Shown here: in pieces, positions 1 through 11,995 of the stretch | How the letters are laid out: every line of letters begins with the position of its first letter | How positions within the stretch are numbered: position 1 is the stretch's first letter | NCBI RefSeq assembly: GCF_006345805.1 | Contig: NC_043001.1 | Location: 76,942,001-77,006,000 of the forward strand | Direction: 5' to 3' | From: Octopus sinensis | Taxonomy: Eukaryota | Length of the DNA stretch: 64,000 bases | The notes under the pieces: model-generated | What the model saw: the letters and a program-made list of their open reading frames with translations, nothing else | Database searches by the model: none | Told to the model about the DNA's origin: nothing | Made by a program: the position numbers and the translations under genes

Positions 1-1050
1 TTAGCATCATCTGCATCCTCCCCCTCCCCCTACAGATCCACATCATACTAGCCACATTACATTTCTTCATTACACCTCCTAACTCCAACAGTTCCACATT
101 AACCCCTCCACATAGCATTTCTACATTAACCCCTCCCCCACACCACATTTCCACATCAAACCCTCCCCACACCACATGTCCACATCAACCCCTCTCCCAT
201 GCATTTCCACATCGATCCCTCTCTACACCACATTTCCACATCAAACCCTCCCCACACCACATGTCCACATCAAACCCTCTCTACACCACATTTCCACATC
301 AAACCCTCCCCACACTACATGTTCACATCAACCCCTCTCCCATGCATTTCCACACCAACCCCTCTCCCATGCATTTCCACACCAACCCCTCTCCCATACA
401 TTTCCACATCAACCCCTCTCCCATGCATTTCCACATCAAACCCTCCCCACACCACATTTCCACATCAAACCCTCCCCACACCACATTTCCACATCAAACC
501 CTCCCCACACCACATGTCCACACCAACCCCTCTCCCATGCATTTCCACATCAAACCCACCCCACACCACATGTCCACATCAACCCCTCTCCCATGCATTT
601 CCACATCAAATCCTCCCCACACCACATTTCCACATCAAACCCTCCCCACACCACATGTCCACATCAACCCCCTCCCATGCATTTCCACATCAAACCCTCC
701 CCACACCACATTTCCACATCAAACCCTCCCCACACCACATTTCCACATCAAACCTCCCCACACCACATGTCCACACCAACCCCTCTCCCATGCATTTCCA
801 CATCAAACCCACCCCACACCACATGTCCACATCAACCCCTCTCCCATGCATTTCCACATCAAATCCTCCCCACACCACATTTCCACATCAAACCCTCCCC
901 ACACCACATGTCCACATCAACCCCTCTCCCATGCATTTCCACATCAAACCCTCTCTACACCACATTTCCACATTAACCCCTCCCCCACACCACATTTCCA
1001 CACAAATCCCTCCCCACATCACATTTCCACATTTAACATTCCTCCACATT
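1..1050. repeat. Degenerate C/A-rich minisatellite (units ~27-29 bp)
   Basis: Recurrent units such as CACACCACATTTCCACATCAAACCCTCCC and CATGCATTTCCACATCAACCCCTCTCC. All three + frames stay open only because the repeat lacks stop codons. Confidence 0.9.
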
Positions 1051-1055
1051 GGCCA

Positions 1056-1127
1056 CCCCATGTGGTCTAGTGGTTAGGATTCCTGGCTTTCACCCAGGCG
1101 ACCCAGGTTTGATTCCCGGCATAGGAA
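1056..1127 (+). tRNA. tRNA-Glu-TTC: tRNA-Glu(TTC)-like gene, probably a pseudogene
   Basis: 72 nt. A-box TGGTCTAGTGG; anticodon stem CCTGG/CCAGG with TTC at 1089-1091; T8 terminator at 1135-1142. Defects: T-loop TTT instead of TTC, two acceptor-stem mismatches, one T-stem mismatch. Confidence 0.8.
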
Positions 1128-1506
1128 CGCTTACTTTTTTTTAAATGGTGGTGCATCAGCATGGCTGCAGCTCTGAGCTGAAACTAGAGAGAAATAAAAA
1201 TAAAAATTAGATTCCATCATATTTCCACATCTTCTCCATCATATATATTTCCACATCATGTTCTTTCTTCCACATATCCACATCTCATTTCATCTTATTA
1301 CACTGTCCATTATAAGTTGTCACTAAACAAACCTTGCATTCGTGCACCTCTTACAACCAATGCTTTTCTCTCATTCTCTTTTCTCTTGAAGATATATTTT
1401 ATTGGCAACAGTGAGTTTTCAAAGATGTGCATTCACCCACAACTTCTTTCAAGGAACATTGTGGTTTGGTGTCAACTGAATGAAAAAATGTTAAACGGAG
1501 AAAATA

Positions 1507-2072
1507 TTGGGTTGTCTGGAAAGTTCATGCCGATTTTTAAAGTAAAGAAATAGGTCAATAAATACTTGCCGTTACATTTTTAATGAACCAAATATGAACC
1601 ATTTTGTTTCACAATGCGTCTCCATCTTTCCTTTAACTTGAAAATACCCTCTTTCCAGAATTGAGTGGGTTTCATGGCAAAGAATTCATCAAGATATCTT
1701 TTTATGTCATCCAAGGAATTGAAATTTTTACCATTAAGACTATTCTGCAGAGACCTGAATAAGTGGAAATCCGAAGGAGCAATATCTGGTGAATATGGAG
1801 AGTGGGGTAACACATCCCAGCTGAGCTGCAGCAATTTTTGTCTGGTTCCCAAAGCATCAAGTGCCGAAAATGAACTTTCTTATCTTCCATTTTAAAGGGT
1901 TACAAAATTAACACAGGTTATTGGAACATAAACCTTCTTCCACAAAAAGATAGCTTAAACTGTGTTCTAAATGGGGGTGTAGTCAAATCCTATTTTATGA
2001 ACTCAACCATGTTCTAAAATAAGTCAAAAGGTAAGCTACTATAAATCAGCACGAACTTTCCAGACAACCCAA
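1507..2072 (-). mobile_element. Internally deleted mariner element with intact TIRs
   Basis: Termini including flanking TA: 1505-1536 vs reverse complement of 2043-2074 match at 30/32. N-terminal MEDKKVHFRHLML (ATG at 1890) is joined to the C-terminal TRQKLLQLSWDVLPHSPYSPDIAPSDFHLFRSLQNSL...W (stop 1580-1582). Confidence 0.95.
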
Positions 2073-2404
2073 TATCTATGTAAATTCCTTTATAGTTCCA
2101 AGGTATTTTTAAGAATAGTAGGCCTAAAACACTGACCGGTTTGATAGCACCACTTGGTCTGTGGGTGCCCTTAGCTAGATTTGCTCTATTTCACAAAATT
2201 TTCTTGCAAGCATAACCTTCAGATATCTTCTACTCACCTTCATTAGCTTACAGATGTTTCTCTTGTAAGAAGTAGTGCTCTCAGAGTTGAGTGCTTGCAC
2301 AACATCTTATAGTTTCCTCAGAAGATTGGAGTGTAAATAAATAAGTGTTTCTCTCTATCTAGTTAACTATATAGCTATTTATCTATTTACTTACTTATGT
2401 TTGA

Positions 2405-2735
2405 AGGCACATGGCTCAGTGGTTAAAGAATCGGGTTCACAATCATTGTGTAGTGAGTTCGATTCCTGGGCTGGGCTGTGTGTTGTGCCCTTGAGTAAGA
2501 CACTTTATTTCATGTTGCTTCAGTTCACTCAGCCGTAGAAATGAGTTGTGATGTCAGTGGTGCCAAGCTGTATTGGCCTTTGCCTTTCCCTTTGATAATA
2601 TCGGTGGTATGGAGAGGGGAGGCTGGTAGACATAGGTAACTATTGGTCTTCCATAAACAATCTTGTCCAGACTTGTGCCACAGAGGGTAACTTTTTAGGT
2701 GCAATGCCATGGTCATTCATGACTGGAGAGGGTCT
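2405..2735 (+). mobile_element. tRNA-derived SINE (family with CCCTTGAGTAAGACACTT core)
   Basis: A-box TGGCTCAGTGG and B-box GTTCGATTCC; homologous to the copy at ~48425-48750. Confidence 0.8.
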
Positions 2736-2749
2736 TTACTGTTTTACTA

Positions 2750-2809
<60 letters not shown>

Positions 2810-3989
2810 TGTGTGTATATATATATATATATGTTTGTGTGTATATATATATATATATGTTTGTGTGTGTATATATATATATATATGTCTCTCGCTCTGT
2901 CTCATTCTGACTGGGTTAACCCTATGTCTCTTCCACAGCAAGACACCTGTTTCTGTCCCTCTGTCACACTTTAACCTTTCATCACCTGACACAAGACTTC
3001 CCCATCCAGTACCCCACCCCACCCAAAGGTTCTTTGTCTTGCAAGTTACTCACTAACCCTTCCACCACAGGTGCCATGTAAAAGACATCAATTATACACT
3101 TGTTTAGATATACACCTCACCTGCTACACTCTTCAGCAGATAACACACTTATCAGCGATAACCATAAAATGTTATGTATCTACATCAAACATTATCACTT
3201 TCTATATACTGTTGTTATTATGTTAAACTGTCATATGTCCAAATTTGACCAAATGCGTTTTCTTTTTCACTATTTAATTTTGCTTGCAATAGCCAGTTCT
3301 TTTGGTCAAACTATCATATCTCCAAAGCTATGAAAATTGTCAAAGTGTAGTACAATGGTTTAGCATTTTTCAAAAGTGTAGTAAGTCCCACATATGATGA
3401 TTTTGTAAAAATATTTCTGACTGAAAATATCATACATGCATGGAGTTAGGATTTTATGCACCCAACAAAGTATTTATTGTTAAGCTGAAACTGTTGCTAA
3501 TGTAAAAAGAAATGGAATGGTGAAACTTTTTTCGTTTTCTGAAAAAGCAACATTTTGGACTTATGACACTTTTGCATAATAGCAACGATATATATACATA
3601 GACACACACACACACACACATATATATACATATACATACATATATATACATATACATACATATATATATATACATACATACATATATATATATATATACA
3701 TACATAATATATATATATACATATATACATATATAGATATATACATATATACACACACACACACACACACATCTATATGCACACACACCCAGGCCAATGC
3801 ATTTGTGCACACACATAATCGCACACATATGTACACACGTGCACACACACACACACACGTCCACATATTTTTCAGTTTTCCCATGCATACATACTCATAC
3901 ACTTGTCCCCAGTCATACATGCGCACTCGCAGCCACCATGCTCACATACACATGCATGCTTGAGCAAATTAGTTCAGCCAGGTCATCAT

Positions 3990-4250
3990 TATTATCTCCC
4001 CCTCATTCAGCCCCTTTCTTCTGACTATTTTATCATGTTGAACCATTAATCCCTCCACAGTTTTTTCTCTCACTGTTTTTTTTTTTCATTCTCTCTCCCT
4101 TTTTTCCGTCTCAATCCTTTCTGACAAAGAGCATAGGCTCAAAATGTAAAAGATTTTTCCATTCTTCCTGAGCATTAAACTAATACACCTGCTTGTTGTT
4201 CCAACACCTGTCTTTGTATTTTGTTTTCTGTAAATTTAAACTATATATAT
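3990..4250 (+). mobile_element. Short pyrimidine-rich repeat with a decayed minimal hammerhead (Penelope-like terminus)
   Basis: CTTT-CTGACAA-A-GAGC ATAG GCTC-AAAA-TGTA-AAAG at 4117-4152, same layout as 56260-56294; ends in (TA)n. Confidence 0.55.
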
Positions 4251-4413
4251 GTTTGTTACTCTACCTAGTTGTCTGTCCATGTGTCTGACTAAACATTAAA
4301 GATGTGAAATTATAAGGATATTTTGGATGTTGACTGATGAGGAATTAGCTATGAATTTTCTGTAATATTTTTGTAAAATTTTCCATTTGCTGTGTTTTCG
4401 TTAAATTTTTGAA

Positions 4414-4446
<33 letters not shown>

Positions 4447-5057
4447 TTTATTTACTTATCTATGTATTGATCTATCTGTCAACATATCTTTCTGTCTGTA
4501 TGCCTGACTATTTATATATTCATCAATAGATAGATAGGTAGGTAGGTAGGTATGTAGGTAGGCAGGCAGATCATTACATAGAAAGATAAATAAAAATATA
4601 TATCCTTACATGTATATATTGCATTGATCTATCTGTTTTTCCCCACCTAAATTTTTTTTATAAATACAATGAAATATGCCTTATAATTATTTTTGATATA
4701 TCTAGCTAAATCTTTTTGTCTGTCTAGCTGTATATGTGTGTATGTGTGCATGTGTATACACACACACACAATTTGTCTTTGTCTTTTAAGATGTAAATAA
4801 ATAAGCCTCTCTATCTATCTTGATAATTATATAGTTATTTATCTATTTATTTAGCTATCTAGCTGCTTTTCATAGTGGTTACTATTGTACCTATCTCTCT
4901 CTCTAGCTATCTATTTATCTGCCTATCTATCAGTTGCTCTGTCTATGTATGTATGTATATATGTATGTATGTATCTGTCTGTCTGTCTGTCTATCCATTT
5001 ATCTATCTCTCTGTGGATAGATAGATAGATAGATAGACAGATATAGATAGATATGAA

Positions 5058-5289
5058 GGCGGCGAGCTGGCAGAACCGTTAGCACGTCGGGCGAAATGCG
5101 AAGCCGTATTTCGTCAGCCGTTACGTTCTGAGTTCAAATTCCGCCGAGGTCGACTTTGCCTTTCATCCTTTCGGGGTCGATAAATTAAGTACCAGTTACG
5201 CACTGGGGTCGATGTAATCGACTTAATACCTATGTCTGTCCTTGTTTGTCCCCTCTGTGTTTAGCCCCTTGTGGGTAATAAAGAAATAG
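5058..5289 (+). mobile_element. tRNA-headed SINE (GGCGGCGAGCTGGCAGAA family), young CpG-rich copy
   Basis: B-box GTTCAAATTCC; core GACTTTGCCTTTCATCCTTTCGGGGTCGATAAATTAAGTACCAG; inserted in a (GATA)n tract. Confidence 0.9.
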
Positions 5290-6207
5290 ATATAGATAGA
5301 TAGATAGAGAGATAGATATAGATAGATGTAGATAGAGAGATAGATAGATAGAGAGATAGATAGATAGAGAGAGAGATATAGATAGATAGAGAGAGAGATA
5401 TAGATAGATAGACAGATATAGATAGATAGACAGATATAGATAGATAGACAGATATAGATAGATAGATAGAGAGATAGATATAGATAGATGTAGATAGATA
5501 GAGAGAGAGAGAGAGATAGATATAGAGGGATAAATACATATAGATAGACAGATAGATCGATATAGATAGATAGACAGTTAGATCGATATAGATAGATAAA
5601 TAGATAGATATTAATTATTATCCTAGCAAAAAGATAACCATTAAAAGTTCTATCTATCATGACTGTGAATACATACAAAGATATTTCCATCAGGGTTCCC
5701 CTGAAGTAATCAATTGATTGATTTTTAGCTTTGCAAAAACTTCAAGGCAAAAATTAGTGCTTCCCACAGCAATAACGACTGTGATAAACAATTAAATTAT
5801 GAATCCATGTTATCAATATGAATTATGGATGTATGTATGTAAGGGAGAATACCGCAAGGCAATTATATTAGGGGATTATAATTGCATTATGCCTATTAGA
5901 AAGTTGTAAAAAATTAATTTTAAAGAGTAAAACAAAACTTATTTGCAGTTTATCCTCATTAAACGAGATTCGAGGGACATATTTATTACAATATTGAAAA
6001 GAAGGAATGTTCTTTGTGGAATATTAAACATCCCTTCACCTTTTTTAGTTTTTTTTTTTTAGTTTTTATTTCTGACTGGTTCCATCATGTGTGATGTTTG
6101 TTTGCTTTTGTCATACTAGACTGGATCGTTGATGTGAATAATGCAGCAGCAAAATAATAGACATGAGTGAGATTTGAATTTATGCAGAGGACAGCTCAAT
6201 TTATTAT

Positions 6208-6703
6208 TTGACCCTTTTGTTACTATATTTCTGTTAAAGATATAGTTATCGGTTTTTTGTCAATTAATTTTGAAAATAATAACTCTGTCATTATTAAGGT
6301 AGCGTTTGGAATATAAATGAATAAGAGGGAAAGTTTTATTTTTAGATGACTTTAACCCTTTTGTTGCCATGTAAATAATGAAGAATTCGGTAAAATAACT
6401 ATGTCAATATTGAGACAGTGTTTGGAATATAAATTAATGTGACAGAAAGTTCTAATTTAGATCACTTTAGCCCTTAAGTTGCCATATTTCTGTTGAATAT
6501 ATTCTTTTACTTGTTTCAGTCATTTGACTGTGGCCATGCACTGCCTTTAGTCGAGTAGATCAACCCCTAGGGCTTATTCTTTGTAAGCCTAGTACTTATT
6601 CTATCGGACTCTTTTGCAGAACCGCTAAGTTACGGGGACGTAAACACACCAGCATCGGTTGTCAAGCGATGTTGGGAGGACAAATACAGACACACAAACA
6701 TAT

Positions 6704-6737
<34 letters not shown>

Positions 6738-7150
6738 GTGTGTGTGTGTGTGCATATGTTTGCGTGTACATGTATATATATATATATATATGCATACACA
6801 TATATACGATGGGCTTCTTTCAGTTTCCATCTACCAAATCCACTCACAAGGCTTTGGTCAGCCCGAGGCTATAGTAGAAGACACTTGCCCAAGGTGCCAC
6901 GCAGTGGGACTGAAACCAGAACCATATGGTTCATAAACAAGCATCTTACCACACAGCCACTCCTATGCCTATATATTGTTGTTTTTCAATTACTTTTGAA
7001 AATAATGAAAAGTTTAGTGAAAGAACTTCATCATTATGATGATGCTATTTGGAACCTAACAGGAAATTTTGACAGAAATTTTTGATTAAGATTACTTTAA
7101 AAAAGGAAGTTTGTATCACAGACCCAGGAGCAGTCTCAGGTGGATTTGTT
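6208..7150 (+). mobile_element. TTAA-ended MITE family 2, tandem partial copies interrupted by a SINE
   Basis: Repeated CCCTTTTGTT...ATATTTCTGTT...GTTTGGAATATAAAT...TTTAGATCACTTTA blocks; related to ~22680-22900, 39220-39570 and 46015-46220. Confidence 0.55.
6502..6972 (-). mobile_element. Composite tRNA-derived SINE (head + microsatellite linker + tail)
   Basis: Head ATAGGCATAGGAGTGGCTGTGTGGTAAG on the - strand, (CA/TA)n linker, and a tail ending TGAAACAAGTAAAAGA. About 15 homologous copies occur in the window. Confidence 0.9.
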
Positions 7151-7332
7151 TTAACCTTTTAGCATTTGAACTAGCTATATCTGTATTCCACCTGTTTTGT
7201 GTTCAAACAAGCCAGGTCTGGGCTCTCACACCTACCCTACTATGTCATTTTAAAAATAATCACATCATCAAAGTCTTGAAACTATGAGATTAACATGATT
7301 AATTTAAAACAAATGTGAATAAATAAGCATAG
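7151..7332 (+). mobile_element. TTAA-ended MITE family 1, truncated
   Basis: TTAACCTTTTAGCATT start; homologous to 18648-18867. Confidence 0.7.
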
Positions 7333-7333
7333 C

Positions 7334-7682
7334 ATAGGAGTGGCTCTGTGGTAAGTAGCTTGCTTACCAACCTCATGGTTCCGGGTTCAGTCCCACTGCG
7401 TGGCACCTTGGGCAAGTGTCTTCTACTATAGCCTCGGCCCGACCAAAACCTTGTGAGTAGATTTGGTAGATGGAAACTGAAAGAAGCCTGTCATATATAT
7501 GTATACATATATATATGTGTGTGTGTTTGTCTCCCAACATTGCTTGACAACTGATGCTGGTGTGTTTACATCCCCGTAACTTAGCGGTTTGGCAAAAGAG
7601 ACTAATAGAATAAGTACTAGGCTTACAAAGAATAAGTCCTGGGGTCGATTTGCTCGACTAAAAAAACTGAACCAGGACTGCC
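7334..7682 (+). mobile_element. Composite tRNA-derived SINE
   Basis: Reverse-complement homolog of 6502-6972. Confidence 0.85.
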
Positions 7683-7712
7683 ACATTATGTTGGCAAATA
7701 ATCTTTGCTATG

Positions 7713-7762
<50 letters not shown>

Positions 7763-7850
7763 AAAGATTAGGATTAATGTGAACCAGGCACTTAAATGTA
7801 AGGCACTAGGTCAGGTCAAAGTTTTGAATGCTTCTAAAAGTTGTGGTTCA

Positions 7851-7945
7851 TGTATTTAGCTGATGAAAACAGTTTTTTCCAATGATGCAATGTCTCCATT
7901 AATCAATTAAAAATTCGTTGGAAACAGCTGTAGTGAATTGACATA
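7851..7945 (+). ncRNA. Type I hammerhead-like motif (Penelope-like terminus); core intact, stems imperfect
   Basis: CTGATGA 7860-7866; GAAA 7921-7924; C-AGCT-G palindromic stem III; GUA site 7930-7932. Stems I and II are only partly paired. Confidence 0.55.
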
Positions 7946-7968
7946 TTATCCATCTGTTGATACGTATT

Positions 7969-8013
<45 letters not shown>

Positions 8014-8137
8014 TTGCTTATGTGTGTACATGTGTGTCTGTGTGTGTTGAATAATACAGTTATGGAATTATGGAGACTCGCATACAGAGCTTCAAGTTTT
8101 TTTTACTAATCATACGATAATTGCTACACTTCTTCAG

Positions 8138-8209
8138 CTGGTACCTGCAATACTATCAATCACAAACATCAAAAATCCTACAGACATTGGCACAGAAACT
8201 TTAAGTCTT
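8138..8209 (+). CDS. Candidate upstream exon of the membrane-protein gene
   Basis: Branch-like TACTAAT, CTTCTTCAG acceptor and GTATGT donor at 8210. A phase 1-1 reading xGTCNTINHKHQKSYRHWHRNFKS joins the TM exon in frame. An alternative GTGAGT donor at 8214 also fits. Confidence 0.45.
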
Positions 8210-8417
8210 GTATGTGAGTCTCCTCATACCTGAATCATTCAATAAATACAGTCCTCTATTTTCAAGAATATTGAGGTTGACCTCTTTTGTTATCACAAGA
8301 GGTTTGTCTCTATATATCTATATATATGTATGTATGTATGTATGTATAAACATATGCGATTCACAAAGTATATTTGCATATTCACTTATTCTTTTTCCCC
8401 ATCTGTTGTTGTTGCAG

Positions 8418-8526
8418 CATTCTTCCAGGGACCAACTCTTCTGGTATTTGTTGTCTGCGTTGTTGCCATTATAGTCTTTCTTGGAATCACCCTTGTCATT
8501 TGTCTGCTGACCAGATATTTCAACAA
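8418..8526 (+). CDS. Transmembrane-encoding exon of a single-pass membrane protein
   Basis: Acceptor TTGTTGTTGCAG and consensus donor AA|GTGAGT. Encodes FFQGPTLLVFVVCVVAIIVFLGITLVICLLTRYFN(K). The phase-2 end matches the phase-2 start of the exon at 61634. An alternative acceptor at 8428 is possible. Confidence 0.8.
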
Positions 8527-8562
8527 GTGAGTTTTTATATATGTATATATATATATACATAC

Positions 8563-8602
<40 letters not shown>

Positions 8603-8904
8603 CATATACTTTCATATTTTATATATACATCATTTTTATATACATTCACTTACATAGATATTCAGTTTTATATACATTCACTTTTATATATGCATCCATA
8701 TTTAAGATACATTCAGTTATATATAAATTCATGTTTTATTCTTCAAATAGCTTTATATCTGGATTATTTTTTTTTCAAAGGAAATGTATTTATACACACT
8801 CACTCAAAATGCATGTATACACACCTACACACGTAGACATATATACCCATATGTGCGTGTGCATATAAATATAAACACACATTGTTATTATTATTAATAG
8901 AATG

Positions 8905-9140
8905 CATAACCTAGTGGGTAGTGTATTGCAATCATTATTGCAAGATTGTGGTTTCAATTCCTACACTGGGTGGTACGTTGTGTTCTTGAACAAAACACTT
9001 CATCTCACATTGCTCTGCAATCACTTTGACACCTGACTTGTGGGACACCGTGTACCTGTTCAGGCAACATCAATTTGATGAAGGGAATTAACGAATGTAC
9101 AGCACATACGTTTGATCACTATAAACCAATCATTTGTGCA
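8905..9140 (+). mobile_element. Old tRNA-derived SINE
   Basis: Degenerate A/B boxes and a GTGTTCTTGAACAAAACACTT core like that at 2405-2735. Confidence 0.5.
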
Positions 9141-9230
9141 AGTCATTTGTCAAAAAGCTGAACACTCATACATCATCTTTGATGGAAGAGTCCATCATCA
9201 TCACCATTATTATTATTATGATTATGATTA

Positions 9231-9278
<48 letters not shown>

Positions 9279-9666
9279 GGCATAGGCAGGCTTATGTTCA
9301 GTCTCACTGCATGGCACCTTGGGCAAGTGTTTTCTACTATAGCCTCATGATGACCAAAGTGGATTTGGTAGACAGTCAGGTTAGTGTGTGTGTGTGTGTA
9401 CGTGCACAAATATGATCTGTATGGTCATAGTTACACCTCTCCAAAAATCTACTCTGAATGATGAAATTGTCCTTTCTCTGTTTAAGGATCATGTGCTGGC
9501 TTTGTGCCTATGAAGACAAGGTGGAATAAGACATTCCTTACTTAAAAATCGTTTATGGGTTAGCAACAGGAATGGTGTCCTGCTTTGAAACAAATACCTC
9601 AATAAGATATTCGTATGACCCCATACTAACATGGATAAACAGACATAAAAACAATGCAGAGGAATA

Positions 9667-10065
9667 AACGAGGGGTTATCAAAAAGTTCCTGGACTGGTT
9701 TTGTTTAATCAAAAATAACTTATTTACCTAAGTTTTAACACCATCTCCTTCGAAATAGTCCCTCTGTGCAACAATACACCAGTCCCAGTATTCCTGCCAC
9801 TTTTGGAATCCAGTCTGGAAGTCGTAAGCAAGTGGAGGAGCTTCTGTGATTTGCTCTAGATCTTGACAACTGTGTTAGAACGACAACCTTTGAGCTGCAT
9901 TTTCATCTTGAGGAAGAGATGGAAGTTTGCAGGTGCATGTTGTTTTTGGTGCATTGTCAACATGAAGAATCCAATTCTTTGCACTCCACAGAAGCAGTCA
10001 CTCATGCTGAATGTCCTCCCTCAAACACTTCAAATCATGGTAAAGGGGATGTTAAATTATGATGA
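9667..10065 (-). mobile_element. Decayed, internally deleted mariner (second family)
   Basis: End ACGAGGGGTTATCAAAAAGT; - strand remnants WILHVDNAP, HAPANFHLFLKMKMQLKG and KWQEYWDWCIVAQRDYFEGD. Confidence 0.75.
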
Positions 10066-10479
10066 CATGTGTATGTGTCTATATACACACAAATACACAA
10101 TATTGGATGCAGCAAAAAATTTCCCAGAGTCACCACTCTTGATAAATATTCCAACATCAAACATGCAGTGTGCAATGGTCCAAATGATGATGGTGACTAA
10201 AGAAAAACAGTAAAACAACACTTACCTGAAGACACCATTATCACCTGCCAAATTTCATTAGTGCCACACCAGTGGGCATGTAAAATATGGGAGGATTTTC
10301 TGCTTCACCCTATACATATATAAATACATATATATCATTCATCTTTTGCTTGTTTCAGTTTTTAGATTGTGGCCATTCTGGGGCACTGCCTTGAATAATT
10401 TTTAGCTGAATGGATCAACTCCTGTCATTATTTCTAAGCCTGGTACTTTATTCTAATGATCGTTGTTGCCAAACTGCCA

Positions 10480-11995
10480 GCTCCCAGTATCCCTGTCTTG
10501 TATGCTTTTTTTTGAAGGCCTGGTCTTATGTCCTTTTCCCTCTTTCTGAAAGCATATCTTTCTGCATTTTTCCACTTTTGGATACTCACCCCTATTATAT
10601 CCCTCAATTTTCTCCTTGAGTGCTGTGCTCATGACACTGAGGACTTGGTTGTGATGTCCTGTATATCTATCTTGTGCTAGCCTGCAGTTTGACAGAACAT
10701 GTCTCACTGTCACTTTTACTCCGCATCTACATTCATCAGTAGGTTCCACTGGACTAAATAGGCCGATGAAGGCAAAATGTCAAAGGTAAACTTGATCAAG
10801 AAGGATGTTTTTGTTTGTTTTTTCATGAGATTCTGCAACTGACCACATATTCCTGCCATCTCAGACACTGTCTCTGTTGACTATATTGCACCAAATGTAC
10901 ATTTTGTCCTTTTCCTCACTTCATGTACCATTGCCTTCCTTTTTCTTTTTTGCCTTCTTTCTCACTTTGTGTACCATTGCCCCTTTCATCCCTTTTACAC
11001 TGCTCATGCAAAATGATTCGAAATTTTGCAACCCTAGACCAGATTTTGCTTCTTGTGTCTTTCTGACTATATCGCCATGCCTTAGCTTTCTGATTGCACT
11101 GTTTACTGCTTCTTTCACTTTCCATTTCCTCCTGTTCGTACCTCTGGATAGTTTTCTTAGATGTTCTGATCTTTTGAATACCTTAGCATCATTACTGTTC
11201 TCACCTTTCCTGCCTTATATTCTTCACTGATTGATGTTATCAGTAGTTGCAGCACGGGTTTTCCAAATAGTGTAGTTATATTCAGTGATTTTTGAAGACC
11301 AATCCATTTTCTGATAAACACACTGCATCTTTGTTCCACCCCTTCTACTCTACTTGAGGCTATTTCATACATTTTCAATGGCCATATTATCCTTGAGTGC
11401 AGTCCAAATTGCAGTATCCAGCATTTGAATTTCCCCAGAATGTTGTCCTGTCAATTGCCTTTAGTCCCTGTTCCACTAATTCATGTGTTTCTTTACCTTG
11501 CTTCTTATCATTTAATAAATTTCTGTACCATCTGCCGAGATTTTCTGTTGGTTGTTCTTTCACCGTTGGTATTTCTTCACCTCCTATCCTGAACTTCACT
11601 TCTTTTTGAACTCCTTTCACTAATGCCACATTTTGAGATTTCTTGGCTTTGAATTTCATTCCTGCCCATCCTATTAGCTTCTCCAACCGTTCTAACATTC
11701 CATCTGCTGCTTATCTATTTTCTGACAATACAGTAATGTCGTCTATAAAAGCCCTTAATGGTGTCTAGTAACATCTCCATGATTAGCACAAATATGATGA
11801 CTGATATTGTGCATCCAGCTCCAATACCTTTAAGTGTTTTAAGTGCCAGCTAGCCTCATCTAGCGACGGTATTTCTCAGTTGGCATGTTATGGCTTTTGA
11901 GCCATTTTGCGTCTTCTTGTTTCAGCCATATATAGAAGATGGCTTTGTCAACTGCCTTCTGTATCTTCCTTATTACTTTATGTGTGTACAGTTGG
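10480..11995 (-). mobile_element. HERO-like (RLE-clade) non-LTR retrotransposon fragments
   Basis: GIGAGCTISVIIFVLIME, RAFIDDITV, WAGMKFKAKKS, LGRWY, RKWIGL, EEYKAGKVR, GDIV...GLG and zinc knuckle CRCG...HVLSNC...HNQVL. The C-terminal KAVDKAIFYIWLKQEDAKW lies at ~11900-11960. Frameshifts and stops are present. Confidence 0.8.

Noticed and set aside
176-1077. Three overlapping 266-292 aa His/Pro-rich ORFs
   Set aside because: All three frames are open because the C/A-rich minisatellite lacks stop codons; there is no splice or domain evidence.
5058-5145. SINE heads as tRNA genes
   Set aside because: They have A/B boxes but no complete cloverleaf, and they continue into multi-copy SINE bodies.
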